Positions 50,335 to 61,700 of a DNA stretch of 64,000 bases are shown piece after piece. The notes below the pieces were generated by a model, which did not search any database, was not told the DNA's origin, and saw nothing but the letters and a program-made list of their open reading frames with translations. Origin of the DNA: Eledone cirrhosa (Eukaryota). Every line of letters starts with the position of its first letter. The first letter of the stretch is position 1. Position numbers and translations under genes: made by a program. The stretch covers positions 194,122,001 to 194,186,000 of the forward strand of contig OZ024741.1 of NCBI GenBank assembly GCA_964016885.1, given 5' to 3'.

Positions 50335-50745
50335 TGTCTCCACATGCTTCTTCCGAGCACCACCTGGTGGCATTAGCTGCCAGTGTTTCTCATAGCTATG
50401 GCTTTCTAAATGTTTATTTATAAACATGCCATATTTTTTAGAAATACGAAATTCAAATACATATTTGTATACAGCTATGTTCGAAGCTAAGTTTTAATTC
50501 TATTCTATATTAAGTTGATGAGTGTGTGTGTGTATATGTATATATATATAGAAAGAGTGAAGAATAACATGGTCAACAGTACAAAAAAGGGTTTTATTTA
50601 TATATATATATATATACACACACACATCACTAACTAATATTAAGTCATTACATATGAATATAGTACATTGTAACATGGATGTAAATCTATAGATATAGGA
50701 ATATAGATAACAAAAAACAAAAATATCCAAATAAAGTTAACATAC

Positions 50746-50839
50746 GAATTGTTTCTTTTTGTCAGCTTCTAGTTTTGATAATTCATTCTTCCCAGCAATC
50801 ATCTCTTCTTCATTGTATATAAAGTCTCGTACAGAAAAC
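50746..50839 (-). CDS. ATP6V1C1: V-ATPase subunit C exon (94 nt; FSVRDFIYNEEEMIAGKNELSKLEADKKKQF)
   Basis: Conserved VRDFxYNEEE...DKKKQF; ccttgtag acceptor, gtatgt donor; ends in phase 0. Confidence 0.95.
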
Positions 50840-52218
50840 CTACAAGGAATTCAGAAATGAACATTAAAGACAAAATATTAATACAAATTATTTAAAATAA
50901 ATTTTGACATTGTACTTGTTTACTTAATGACTTGATTGGAGACAGTCTGTTGAAACTAAAGTAATTATGTCATAGAAGAAACAGTTTAGCCATTTAAATC
51001 ACACAATATTTACTTTTTATTTAAGGTCACCTTCCTCTCTCATTTCCTTCACTTTGCAGGCTACCTCCCCTCAACCTCTCCCTTAACAAGCAGCATGTAT
51101 CTTCTCCTCCTCCTCATATCACTGCCTTTCTAGCCTGGCCGAGAACAACACAATGAGTGTCCTAGTATTGATAAATGGTAATACTGGTGTTGCAATAGCC
51201 TGCACTGTAAAATGGTAGTGATAGTACTGGTACCACAATAAAATACACCCAGTACATGCCATGACGTGGTTGGTGTTATGAAGGGTATCCATCTGTAGAA
51301 ACCATATCAAAATGGAATGTATGAGCAAGACATGGTCATCTGACCTGTCAAGTCTCAGAATGGTACAACTCATCTAACCTAGGCAAGTATGGAAAATAGG
51401 CATTAAAAGGTGCTGATGATGATGAAGATAATTTATTTTGAAATAATTGCAAAGTGAATATAAGTGTTTGTGTGTGTTTTAAATTAAAATGAAACAAATT
51501 TATTTAGATAATTATTTTTGCAGATGATCATTAGGGGATAATTGTTAGGGGCTGAAGTATTTTCTAGCTCTGAAGTGGAATGCCAGTCTTTGCAATGCAG
51601 TTTTTATTATGTTGATGCTGTGAGTTCACAGGATGAGATCTAGCATTTAAAGTACCCTTGAAGGGTCTTGTTGCATGGTGTTTATATTTAGAGAATAGTA
51701 GAGTGCAAATTGTAGGAGCTGAAGCAGTAATGTGTCAGCTTCAGCATTCAGTCATCAGAAGAAGGGAAGTAGGTGTAAAAGTCAAACTTACTAATTTCAA
51801 TTTAGTATTCATGCCAACCCTTACCTATGGTCATGATCCTGAAAGAATATGATTGCAAATACAAGCAGCCGAAATGGGGTTCTTCCAAAGGGCCTTTGCA
51901 GTGTGGAGCTTGGAAGTCAGGGAGTTGCTCTTGGTAGAGCACCACTTCTCTGAAAGTATTCTCTGAAAGTATTCTCTGCAGCAATATTGCTTACAGAACA
52001 ATTATGGTTGAGAAGTGAAGGAAAGGAGCATTCTGCAAAGTTAACTGAAATCAAGAGAATCAGTTACAGTTTGGAGATGGGTGAACTCATGGGCTGTGCA
52101 ATGCAAATAGGTATCTTTTAAATTCCTGGGTAAAGCCATCCAGTTAGTAGCAATGGATGATTTATAATGAGAATATTGAGAGTAATGAGAAAAGGAGGAA
52201 TCAATTGTGATATCTTAC

Positions 52219-52311
52219 TTGCATTCCCGGCAGTGATGTTTAAATTCATCTACAACTCGTTTAAAGAGTGTTACCGATACTAAAAGACTGTCTCCATCAT
52301 CAAACAGAACT
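52219..52311 (-). CDS. ATP6V1C1: V-ATPase subunit C exon (93 nt; VLFDDGDSLLVSVTLFKRVVDEFKHHCRECK)
   Basis: Conserved VTLF-x2-VVDEFKH motif; ttacag acceptor, gtaaga donor; in frame. Confidence 0.95.
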
Positions 52312-52599
52312 CTGTAATAAAATAGAATTCAGTTAATTATATTTTAAAATTGGGTTTTCAAACAAGAAGAAAAATAATTTATAAAAACACACCTTTCAGT
52401 CATATATTATATATGTATTGACCTGTAACTCCTGGTGGAGTTATAGGGGCGCTGTCATAATATATGGCATATCTTGGTTTATTTTAAACCTGGAGGAGCC
52501 TATACCTCTCCATGGCTGATTACAGATAATTTTTTTCAGAGAATAAGAGAGAGAGAGAGTGATACAGAGAAAGTGAGATAAAGATTTAAAGGAATAATC

Positions 52600-52752
52600 A
52601 ACCCCAGTACTGGACTGGTACTATATTTATTAACCCCAATAGAATGAAAGGCAAAGTTGACCTTGGTGGAATTTGAACTTATAACACACAGAGGTGAAAT
52701 GAATACTGGAAAGCATTCTATCTGACATTCTAATGGCTCTGCCAATTGCTGC
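52600..52752 (-). mobile_element. SINE family 1 copy (diverged)
   Basis: gaaaggcaaagttgacctt..gaatttgaac and actggtac are the reverse complement of the family core. Confidence 0.7.
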
Positions 52753-52756
52753 CAAC

Positions 52757-52792
<36 letters not shown>

Positions 52793-52829
52793 GATGATGA
52801 TCATCATTTAATATCCACTTCCCCTGCTA

Positions 52830-53655
52830 GCAAGTTCAGGGAGCTACTACCACTGCTAGCTACAAAAGGCTTTTCCCTCAAAAAGAAAAGCAGACTGTAT
52901 GATGTGTGCATACAAACAGCAATGTTACATGGTAGTGAGACCTGGTGCTGTGTACAGAAGGCTTGCATAGGTTGGAAAGAAATGAAGCTTGTGTGCTCTG
53001 ATAGATGTGTAATAATACATAAACGACAAAGCATAAATGAACTGAGAGAGAAACTAAACATAAGAGGAATCAGATGCAGTATGCAGGAGCAGAGATTACG
53101 TTGGTATGGACATGTGATGCATATGAAGGATGACAGCTGTATAAAAAGCTGCAGAGTGCTCAAAGTTGATGGGAACTATGGAGTGGAGAGACCCAGGAAG
53201 ACTTGGGATGAGGTGATAAAAGCTGACCTTGCTCAATTGTACCTCTCAAAGACGATGACACAGGATTAAGATCTCTAAGATCTTTGATGTTATGCAGTAA
53301 TACAGAAGACCTGCCTTCCCATGGGCACAGACTGAAGCTGAAGCTTACATATAGTATGCACCCACCACCTCCATCCCACTCTTCCATACATCTCCCATGA
53401 GGACAGGCTGAAGCATACATCTAGTGAAGCCCCCAACCTACACTGTAAAGTGGTTGTGTAGGCGTTATGACAAAAAGCACCCAGTACTCACTGTAAATGT
53501 AGTTGGCATTAGGAAGGGCATCCAGCTGTAGAAACCAAGCCCAAATTAGTTCTGTATGAGCGAGACATGGTCACCTGACATGGCATTTCTCAAAACAGGA
53601 CAACTCATCTAACACATGCTATCCTGGAAAAATGGACGTTAAATGGTAATGATGA
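52830..53655 (+). mobile_element. RTE-clade LINE 3' fragment
   Basis: KFRELLPLL...MLHGSETW...RLRWYGHV...RPRKTW (ORF 52733..53269) plus the 3' UTR shared with 4101-4725. Confidence 0.85.
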
Positions 53656-53847
53656 TATATATATATATATATATATATCATCATCATCATCATTTTACGT
53701 TCGTTTTTCCCTGCTTGCAAGGGTGGGATATATTTTGCAAATATATATATTCAATTTATTAAGACTTAATAAAATGAATATTAAAACTCTACTCTAGTAT
53801 TGAGTAGTCCTTTCCCTCAGCCGTCAACCACATATGGATATATATAT

Positions 53848-54160
53848 ACTTGGTGTGGCAATAAAGTCTTTAGAATAACTCTTTAAATGAAAATGCACAA
53901 CATATTGAAACTAAAATTTATTTATTCAGTAAAACATCTCCATTTGAATGCAATAACATCTTTACAGTGCTTATGCAAACTGTTCTTTTGGCAATTATCA
54001 AAACCAATGCAACAATTCATCTACCACCTCTTCTACTGAAGTGAAAACAAATTTTCAAAGACGTTGCTTTAATAACTTGAACAACCAACGAAGGCACCAA
54101 TTTAAGTCAGGACTATAGGGTGATCGTTTGATCATTGCAACTCTTCTCCTCTGGAAAAAA
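53848..54160 (-). mobile_element. Tc1/mariner 3' relic
   Basis: PYSPDL motif (ORF 54055..54255) followed by a TIR-like end next to TA. Confidence 0.55.
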
Positions 54161-54355
54161 ATCTTTTGTGGATTGAGCAGTTCAATGTGTGTATTATAAC
54201 CTCTCAAAAATGACAATAAAATAATTATGCATAGGCCTGTGACAAAATACAGCATTCAAACAGAATATCACATGCATCCAACAAAGTTCAACTAATATTA
54301 ACTACATATACTGCTTTAGATGACATGCAGCCTACTATTCTAAAGGCTTTATTGC

Positions 54356-54358
<3 letters not shown>

Positions 54359-54408
<50 letters not shown>
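54359..54408. repeat. (TA)n microsatellite
   Basis: Read directly. Confidence 0.95.
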
Positions 54409-54411
<3 letters not shown>

Positions 54412-54654
54412 GCAAACTTTAATTACTAAATTATTTTGAAATATTAAAAATGTTATATCATTTATTTTGCAAACAATCATTTAAAAATGTTATATCATTT
54501 ATTTTGCAAACAATCACTGGTTATTAGAATTTTTGATGGGTGGAATGGAATGTTTATGTAACTAGGATAGAATAAATACAAGGTGTTCATTATATAAAAG
54601 CTATGGAGAAACAGGATTTTACAATAAAAAGACAAGGAAGTTAATTCGACATAC

Positions 54655-54723
54655 TTGCTAGAACGTGGAACAACCATATCAGTCAGTGTTTCATATTTGA
54701 CTTGCCAATCTTGATTGTTATTT
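54655..54723 (-). CDS. ATP6V1C1: V-ATPase subunit C exon (69 nt; NNNQDWQVKYETLTDMVVPRSS)
   Basis: Conserved W-x3-YETL-x2-MVVPRSS motif; ttattcag acceptor, gtatgt donor; phase continues from the previous exon. Confidence 0.95.
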
Positions 54724-54825
54724 CTGAATAATAAATAAAGATAAAAATATAAGATATTGTAAGGATTATAAGAAAAAAATAGTTATCACACATCGAATAT
54801 ATAAAGATTATAATGTATCATTTAG

Positions 54826-57800
54826 TATAATACAGATGTGATGAAACAACAGTGTATTATAGATGTGATGAAACAACAGTGTAATACAGATGTGATGTAA
54901 TAACAGTGTAATACAGATGTGTTGAAATAATAGTGTAATACAGATGAGATGAAACAACAGTGTACTACAGATGAGATGAAACAATAGTGTAATACAGATG
55001 TGATGTAACAACAGTATATTACAGATGTGATGAAACAACATGCAATGTAACAACAGTGTAATACAGATGTGATGAAACAAGTGTATTACAGGTGTGATGA
55101 AACAACAGTGTAATACAGATGTGATGTAACAACAGTGTATTACAGATGTGATGTAACAACAGTGTATTACATATGTGATATAACAACAGTGTAATATAGA
55201 TGAGATGAAACAACAGTGTAATACAGATGTGATGAAACAACAGTGTAATACAGATGTGATGTAACAACAGTGTATTACATATGTGATGTAACAACAGTGT
55301 ATTACAGATGAGATGTAACAACAGTGTATTACAGATGTGATGTAACAACAATGTATTACAGATGTGATGTAACAACAGTGTAATACAGATGTGATGAAAC
55401 AACAGTGTAATACAGATGTGATGTAACAACCGTGTATTAGAGATGAGATGTAACAACAGTGTATTACAGATGTGATGTAACAACAGTGTATTACATATGT
55501 GATATAACAACAGTGTAATACAGATGTGATGTAACAACAGTGTATTACAGATGAGATGTAACAACAGTGTATTACAGATGTGATGTAACAACAATGTAAT
55601 ACAGATGTGATGTAACAACAGTGTTATACAGATGTGATGTAACAACAGTGTAATACAGATGTGATGTAACAACCGTGTATTAGAGATGAGATGTAACAAC
55701 AGTGTATTACAGATGTGATGTAACAACAGTGTATTACATATGTGATATAACAACAGTGTAATACAGATGAGATGTAACAACAGTGTATTACAGATGTGAT
55801 GAAACAACAGTGTAATACAGATGTGATGTAACAACAGTGTATTAGAGATGAGATGTAACAACAGTGTATTAGAGATGAGATGTAACAACCGTGTATTACA
55901 GATGTGATGTAACAACAGTGTATTACATATGTGATATAACAACAGTGTAATACAGATGAGATGTAACAACAGTGTATTACAGATGTGATGAAACAACAGT
56001 GTAATACAGATGTGATGTAACAACAGTGTAATACAGATGTAACAATAGTGTAATACAGATGAGATGTAACAAGTGTATTACATATGTGATGTAACAACAG
56101 TGTAATACAGATGTGATGTAACAAAAGTGTAATACAGATGTGTTGAAACAATAGTGTATTATAGATGTGATGTAATAACAGTGTAATACAGATGTGTTGA
56201 AATAATAGTGTAATACAGATGTGATGTAACAACAGTATATTAAAGATGTGATGAAACAACAGTGTAATACAGATGTGATGAAACAACAGTGTAATACAGG
56301 TGTGATGAAACAACAGTGTAATACAGATGTGATGTAACAACAGTGTATTACAGATGTGATGAAACAACAGTGTAATACAGATGTGATGTAACAACAGTGT
56401 AATACAGATGTGATGAAACAACAGTGTAATACAGATGTGATGTAACAACAGTGTATTAGAGATGTAACAATAGTGTAATACAGATGAGATGTAACAAGTG
56501 TATTACATATGTGATGTAACAACAGTGTAATACAGATGTGATGTAACAACAGTGTAATACAGATGTGTTGAAACAATAGTGTATTATAGATGTGATGTAA
56601 TAACAGTGTAATACAGATGTGTTGAAATAATAGTGTAATACAGATGTGATGTAACAACAGTATATTAAAGATGTGATGAAACAACAGTGTAATACAGATG
56701 TGATGAAACAACAGTGTAATAGAGGTGTGATGAAACAACAGTGTAATACAGATGTGATGTAACAACAGTGTATTACAGATGTGATGAAACAACAGTGTAA
56801 TACAGATGTGATGTAACAACAGTGTAATACAGATGTGATGAAACAACAGTGTAATACAGGTGTGATGAAACAACAGTGTAATACAGATGTGATGTAACAA
56901 CAGTGTATTACAGATGTGATGAAACAACAGTGTAATACAGATGTGATGTAACAACAGTGTAATACAGATGTGATGAAACAACAGTGTAATACAGATGTGA
57001 TGTAACAACAGTGTATTAGAGATGAGATGTAACAACTGTGTATTACAGATGTGATATAACAACAGTGTAATACAGATGTGATGTAACAACAGTGTATTAG
57101 AGATGAGATGTAACAACCGTGTATTACAGATGTGATATAACAACAGTGTAATGCAGATGTGATGAAACAACAGTGTAATACAGATGAGATGTAACAACAG
57201 TGTATTACAGATGTGATGAAACAACAGTGTGATACAGATGTAACAATAGTGTAATCCAGATGTGATGAAACAACAGTGTAATACAGATGAGATGTAACAA
57301 GTGTATTACAGATGTGATGAAACAACAGTGTGATACAGATGTAACAACAGTGTAATCCAGATGTGATGAAACAACAGTGTAATACAGATGAGATGTAACA
57401 ACAGTGTATTACAGATGTGATGAAACAACAGTGTGATACAGATGTAACAATAGTGTAATCCAGATGTGATGTAACAACAGTGTAATACAGATGTGATGTA
57501 ACAACAGTGTAATACAGATGTGTTGTGACAGTGTATTACAGATGTGATGAAACAACAGTATAATACAGATATGATGAAACTGTATTACAGATGTAACAAT
57601 AGTGTAATACAGATGAGATGTAACAACAGTGTATTACAGATATGATGTAACAACAGTGTATTACAGATGTGATGAAACAACAGTCTATTACAGATGTAAT
57701 GTAACAACAGTGTAATACAGATGTGATGTAACAACAGTGTAATACAGACGTGATGAAACAACAGTGTAATACAGATGTGATGTAACAACAGTGTAATACA

Positions 57801-57915
57801 GATGAGATGTAACAACAGTGTATTACATATGTGATGTAACAACGGTGTAATACAGATGAGATGTAACAACAGTGTATTACATATGTGATGAAACAGTGTA
57901 TTACAGATGTGATGC
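54826..57915. repeat. Intronic 27-bp minisatellite (ACAGATGTGATGTAACAACAGTGTAAT)
   Basis: More than 100 copies; produces the LLHHICITL and HCCYITSVL pseudo-ORFs. Confidence 0.97.
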
Positions 57916-58201
57916 AATATGACAGTAATATATTCATGTGATGTGATTTAATCCTTTTGATACTAAACTGTCTGAAACTGCCACTGGCTCCTCGATACAA
58001 AAATGATTGTTTCAAAGCATTTATATTTATCTAAAATCCGTCAGTTTTTGTAAGAAACTTTATTAAGTTATGTTCCCCAAACCGACTTAATCATATGAAA
58101 GTTGGTTATATTACTAAATCCCTTCAAGTTCTTGGTTATTTTCAAAATTATTTGAAAATCATATAAAGTGTCTTTCATTAGAAATGTGTTAATGAAACAG
58201 T

Positions 58202-58660
58202 TAGATATGATATAAGTGTGATAACAATACAAAATATAATATAGTGTGATATAGACATGCTAAAGTGTGGCATAATGTGATATAGATATGATATAAAGTA
58301 TAATATAATGTGATATAGATATGATATAAAGAGCAATATAATGTGATATAGATGTGATATAAAGTGTAATATAATGTGATATAGCTATGATAGAAAGTGT
58401 AATATGTGATATAAACATGATATAGAGTGTAATATAAACATGATATAAATGTGATACAGTGTGATATAAACATATTATAAAGTGTGATACATTGTGATAT
58501 AGACATGATATAGTGTGATATAAACATGTTATACAGTATGATATAGATATGATATAAATGCGATACAGACAGTGTGATATAGTGTGACATAGATATAAGT
58601 GTGATATAGATGTGATACAATGTGATATAAGTGTGATACAATATAAAGTATAATATAATA
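58202..58660. repeat. Degenerate TGTGATATA-type tandem repeat
   Basis: Recurrent GTGATATA motif ending about 15 nt from a splice donor. Confidence 0.8.
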
Positions 58661-58677
58661 GGTGTAATGTCTCTTAC

Positions 58678-58776
58678 TTTGGAATTACAACTAACAAAGT
58701 TGTGAGGTACTCAGAGTCAAGAACAAAGTCAACTTTCTTGACAATATCAGCCAAATTACGGGTCAATAGACTGCCA
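58678..58776 (-). CDS. ATP6V1C1: V-type proton ATPase subunit C, internal exon (99 nt; [33 protein letters not shown])
   Basis: Manual translation of the minus strand matches the conserved V-ATPase C motif [30 protein letters not shown]. Acceptor ttctctgtttcag, donor gtaaga. Confidence 0.95.
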
Positions 58777-58790
58777 CTGAAACAGAGAAT

Positions 58791-61700
58791 GGTGTAGTAG
58801 AGAACATGAGGGTAGAGTGGGGTAGATCAGGGTAGAGTGGAGTACATGAGGGTGGAGTGGAGTACATGAGGGTGGAGTGGGGTACATGAGGGTGGAGTGG
58901 GGTACATGAAGGTGGAGTGGGGTACATGAGGGTAGATCAGGGTAGAATAGAATACATCAGAGTGAAGTAGAGTACATGAGGGTAAAGTGGAGAACATGAG
59001 GGTAGAGTGGGGTAGATCAGGGTAGAATAGAATACATCAGGGTGTAGTAGAGTACATGAGGGTAAAGTGGAGAACATGAGGGTAGAGTGGGGTAGATCAG
59101 GGTAGAATAGAATACATCAGGGTGTAGTAGAGTACATGAGGGTAAAGTGGGGTAGATCAGGGTAGAATAGAATACATCAGGGTGTAGTAGAGAACATGAG
59201 GGTAAAGTAGAGAACATGAGGGTAGAGTGGGGTAGATCAGGGTAGAATAGAATACATCAGGGTGTAGTAGAGTACATGAGGGTAAAGTGGAGAACATGGG
59301 GTAGTGGGGTAGATCAGGGTAGAATAGAATACATCAGGGTGTAGTAGAGTACATGAGGGTAAAGTGGAGAACATGAGGGTAGAGTGGGGTAGATCAGGGT
59401 AGAATAGAATACATTAGGGTGTAGTAGAGTACATGAGGGTAAAGTGGGGTAGATCGGGGTAGAATAGAATACATTGAGTGTAGTAGAGCACATGAGGGTA
59501 AAGTAGAGAACATGAGGGTAGAGTGGGGGTAGATCAGGGTAGAATAGAATACATCAGAATGTAGTAGAGTACATGAGTGTAAAGTGGAGAACATGAGGGT
59601 AGAGTTGGGTAGATCAGGGTAGAATAGAATACATCAGGGGGAAGTAGAGTACATGAGGGTAAAGTGGAGAACATGAGGGTAGATCAGGGTAGAATAGAAT
59701 ACATCAGAGTGTAGTAGAGTACATGAGGTTAAAGTGGAGAACATGAGGGTAGAGTGGGGTAGATCAGGGTAGAATAGAATACATTGTGTGTAGTAGAGTA
59801 CATGAGGGTAAAGTGGAGAACATGAGGGTAGATCAGGGTAGAATAGAATACATCAGGGTGAAGTAGAGTACATGAGGGTAAAGTGGAGAACATGAGGGTA
59901 GAGTGGGGTAGATCAGGGTAAAATAGAATACATCAGGGAGAAGTAGAGTACATGAGGGTAAAGTGGAGACAATGAGGGTAGAGTGGGGTAAATCAGGGTA
60001 GAATAGAATACATCAGGGTGTAGTAGGGTACATGAGGGTAAAGTGGAGAACATGAGGGTAGAGTGGGGTAGATCAGGGTAGAATAGAATACATCAGGGAG
60101 AAGTAGAGTACATGAGGGTAAAGTGGAGACAATGAGGGTAGAGTGGGGTAGATCAGGGTAGAATAGAATACATCAGAGTGTAGTAGAGTACATGAGGGTA
60201 AAGTGGAGAACATGAGGGTAGAGTGGGGTAGATCAGGGTAGAATAGAATACATCAGAGTGTAATAGAGTACATGAGGGTAAAGTGGAGAAAATGAGGGTA
60301 GAGTGGGGGTAAATCAGGGTAGAATAGAATACATCAGGGTGTAGTAGAGTACATGAGGGTAAAGTGGAGAACATGAGGGTAGAGTGGGGTAGAATAGAAT
60401 ACATCAGGGTGTAGTAGAGTACATGAGGGTAGAGTGGGGTAGATCAGGGTAGAATAGAATACATCAGAGTGTAGTAGAGTACATGAGGGTAAAGTGGAGA
60501 ACATGAGGGTAGAGTGGGGTAGATCAGGGTAGAATAGAATATATCAGAGTGTAGTAGAGTACATGAGGGTAAAGTGGAGAACATGGGGTAGAGTGGGGTA
60601 GAATAGAATACATCAGGGTGTAGTAGAGTACATGAGGGTAAAGTGGAGAACATGAGGGTAGAGTGGGGTAGATCAGGGTAGAATAGAATACATCAGGGTG
60701 TAGTAGAGTACATGAGGGTAAAGTGGAGAAAATGAGGGTAGAGTGGGGTAGATCAGGGTAGAATAGAATATATCAGGGTGAAGTAGAGTAAATGAGGGTA
60801 AAGTGGAGAACATGAGGGTAGAGAGGGGTAGAAAAAAATACATCAGGGTGTAGTAGAGTACATGAGAGTAAAGTGGAGAACATGAGGGTAGAGTGGGGTA
60901 GATCAGGGTAGAATAGAATACATCAGAGTGTAGTAGAGTACATGAGGGTAAAGTGGAGAACATGAGGGTAGAGTGGGGTAGATGAGGGTAGAATAGAATA
61001 CATCAGGGTGTAGTAGAGTACATGAGGGTAAAGTGGAGAAAATGAGGGTAGAATGGGGTAGAATAGAATACATCAGGGTGAAGTAGAGTACATGAGGGTA
61101 AAGTGGAGAACATGAGGGTAGAGTGGGGTAGATCAGGGTAGAATAGAATACATCAGGGGGAAGTAGAGTACATGAGGGTAAAGTGGAGAACATGAGGGTA
61201 GATCATGGTAGAATAGAATACATCAGAGTGTAGTAGAGTACATGAGGTTAAAGTGGAGAACATGAGGGTAGAGTGGGGTAGATCAGGGTAGAATAGAATA
61301 CATTGTGTGTAGTAGAGTACATGAGGGTAAAGTGGAGAACATGAGGGTAGAGTGGGGTAGATCAGGGTAGAATAGAATACATCAGGGTGAAGTAGCGTAC
61401 ATGAGGGTAAAGTGGAGAACATGAGGGTAGAGTGGGGTAGATCAGGGTAAAATAGAATACATCAGGGAGAAGTAGAGTACATGAGGGTAAAGTGGAGACA
61501 ATGAGGGTAGAGTGGGGTAAATCAGGGTAGAATAGAATACATCAGGGTGTAGTAGGGTACATGAGGGTAAAGTGGAGAACATGAGGGTAGAGTGGGGTAG
61601 ATCAGGGTAGAATAGAATACATCAGGGAGAAGTAGAGTACATGAGGGTAAAGTGGAGACAATGAGGGTAGAGTGGGGTAGATCAGGGTAGAATAGAATAC

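Noticed and set aside
54444-54516. 36-bp direct duplication
   Set aside because: Simple slippage duplication in an AT-rich intron with no further structure.
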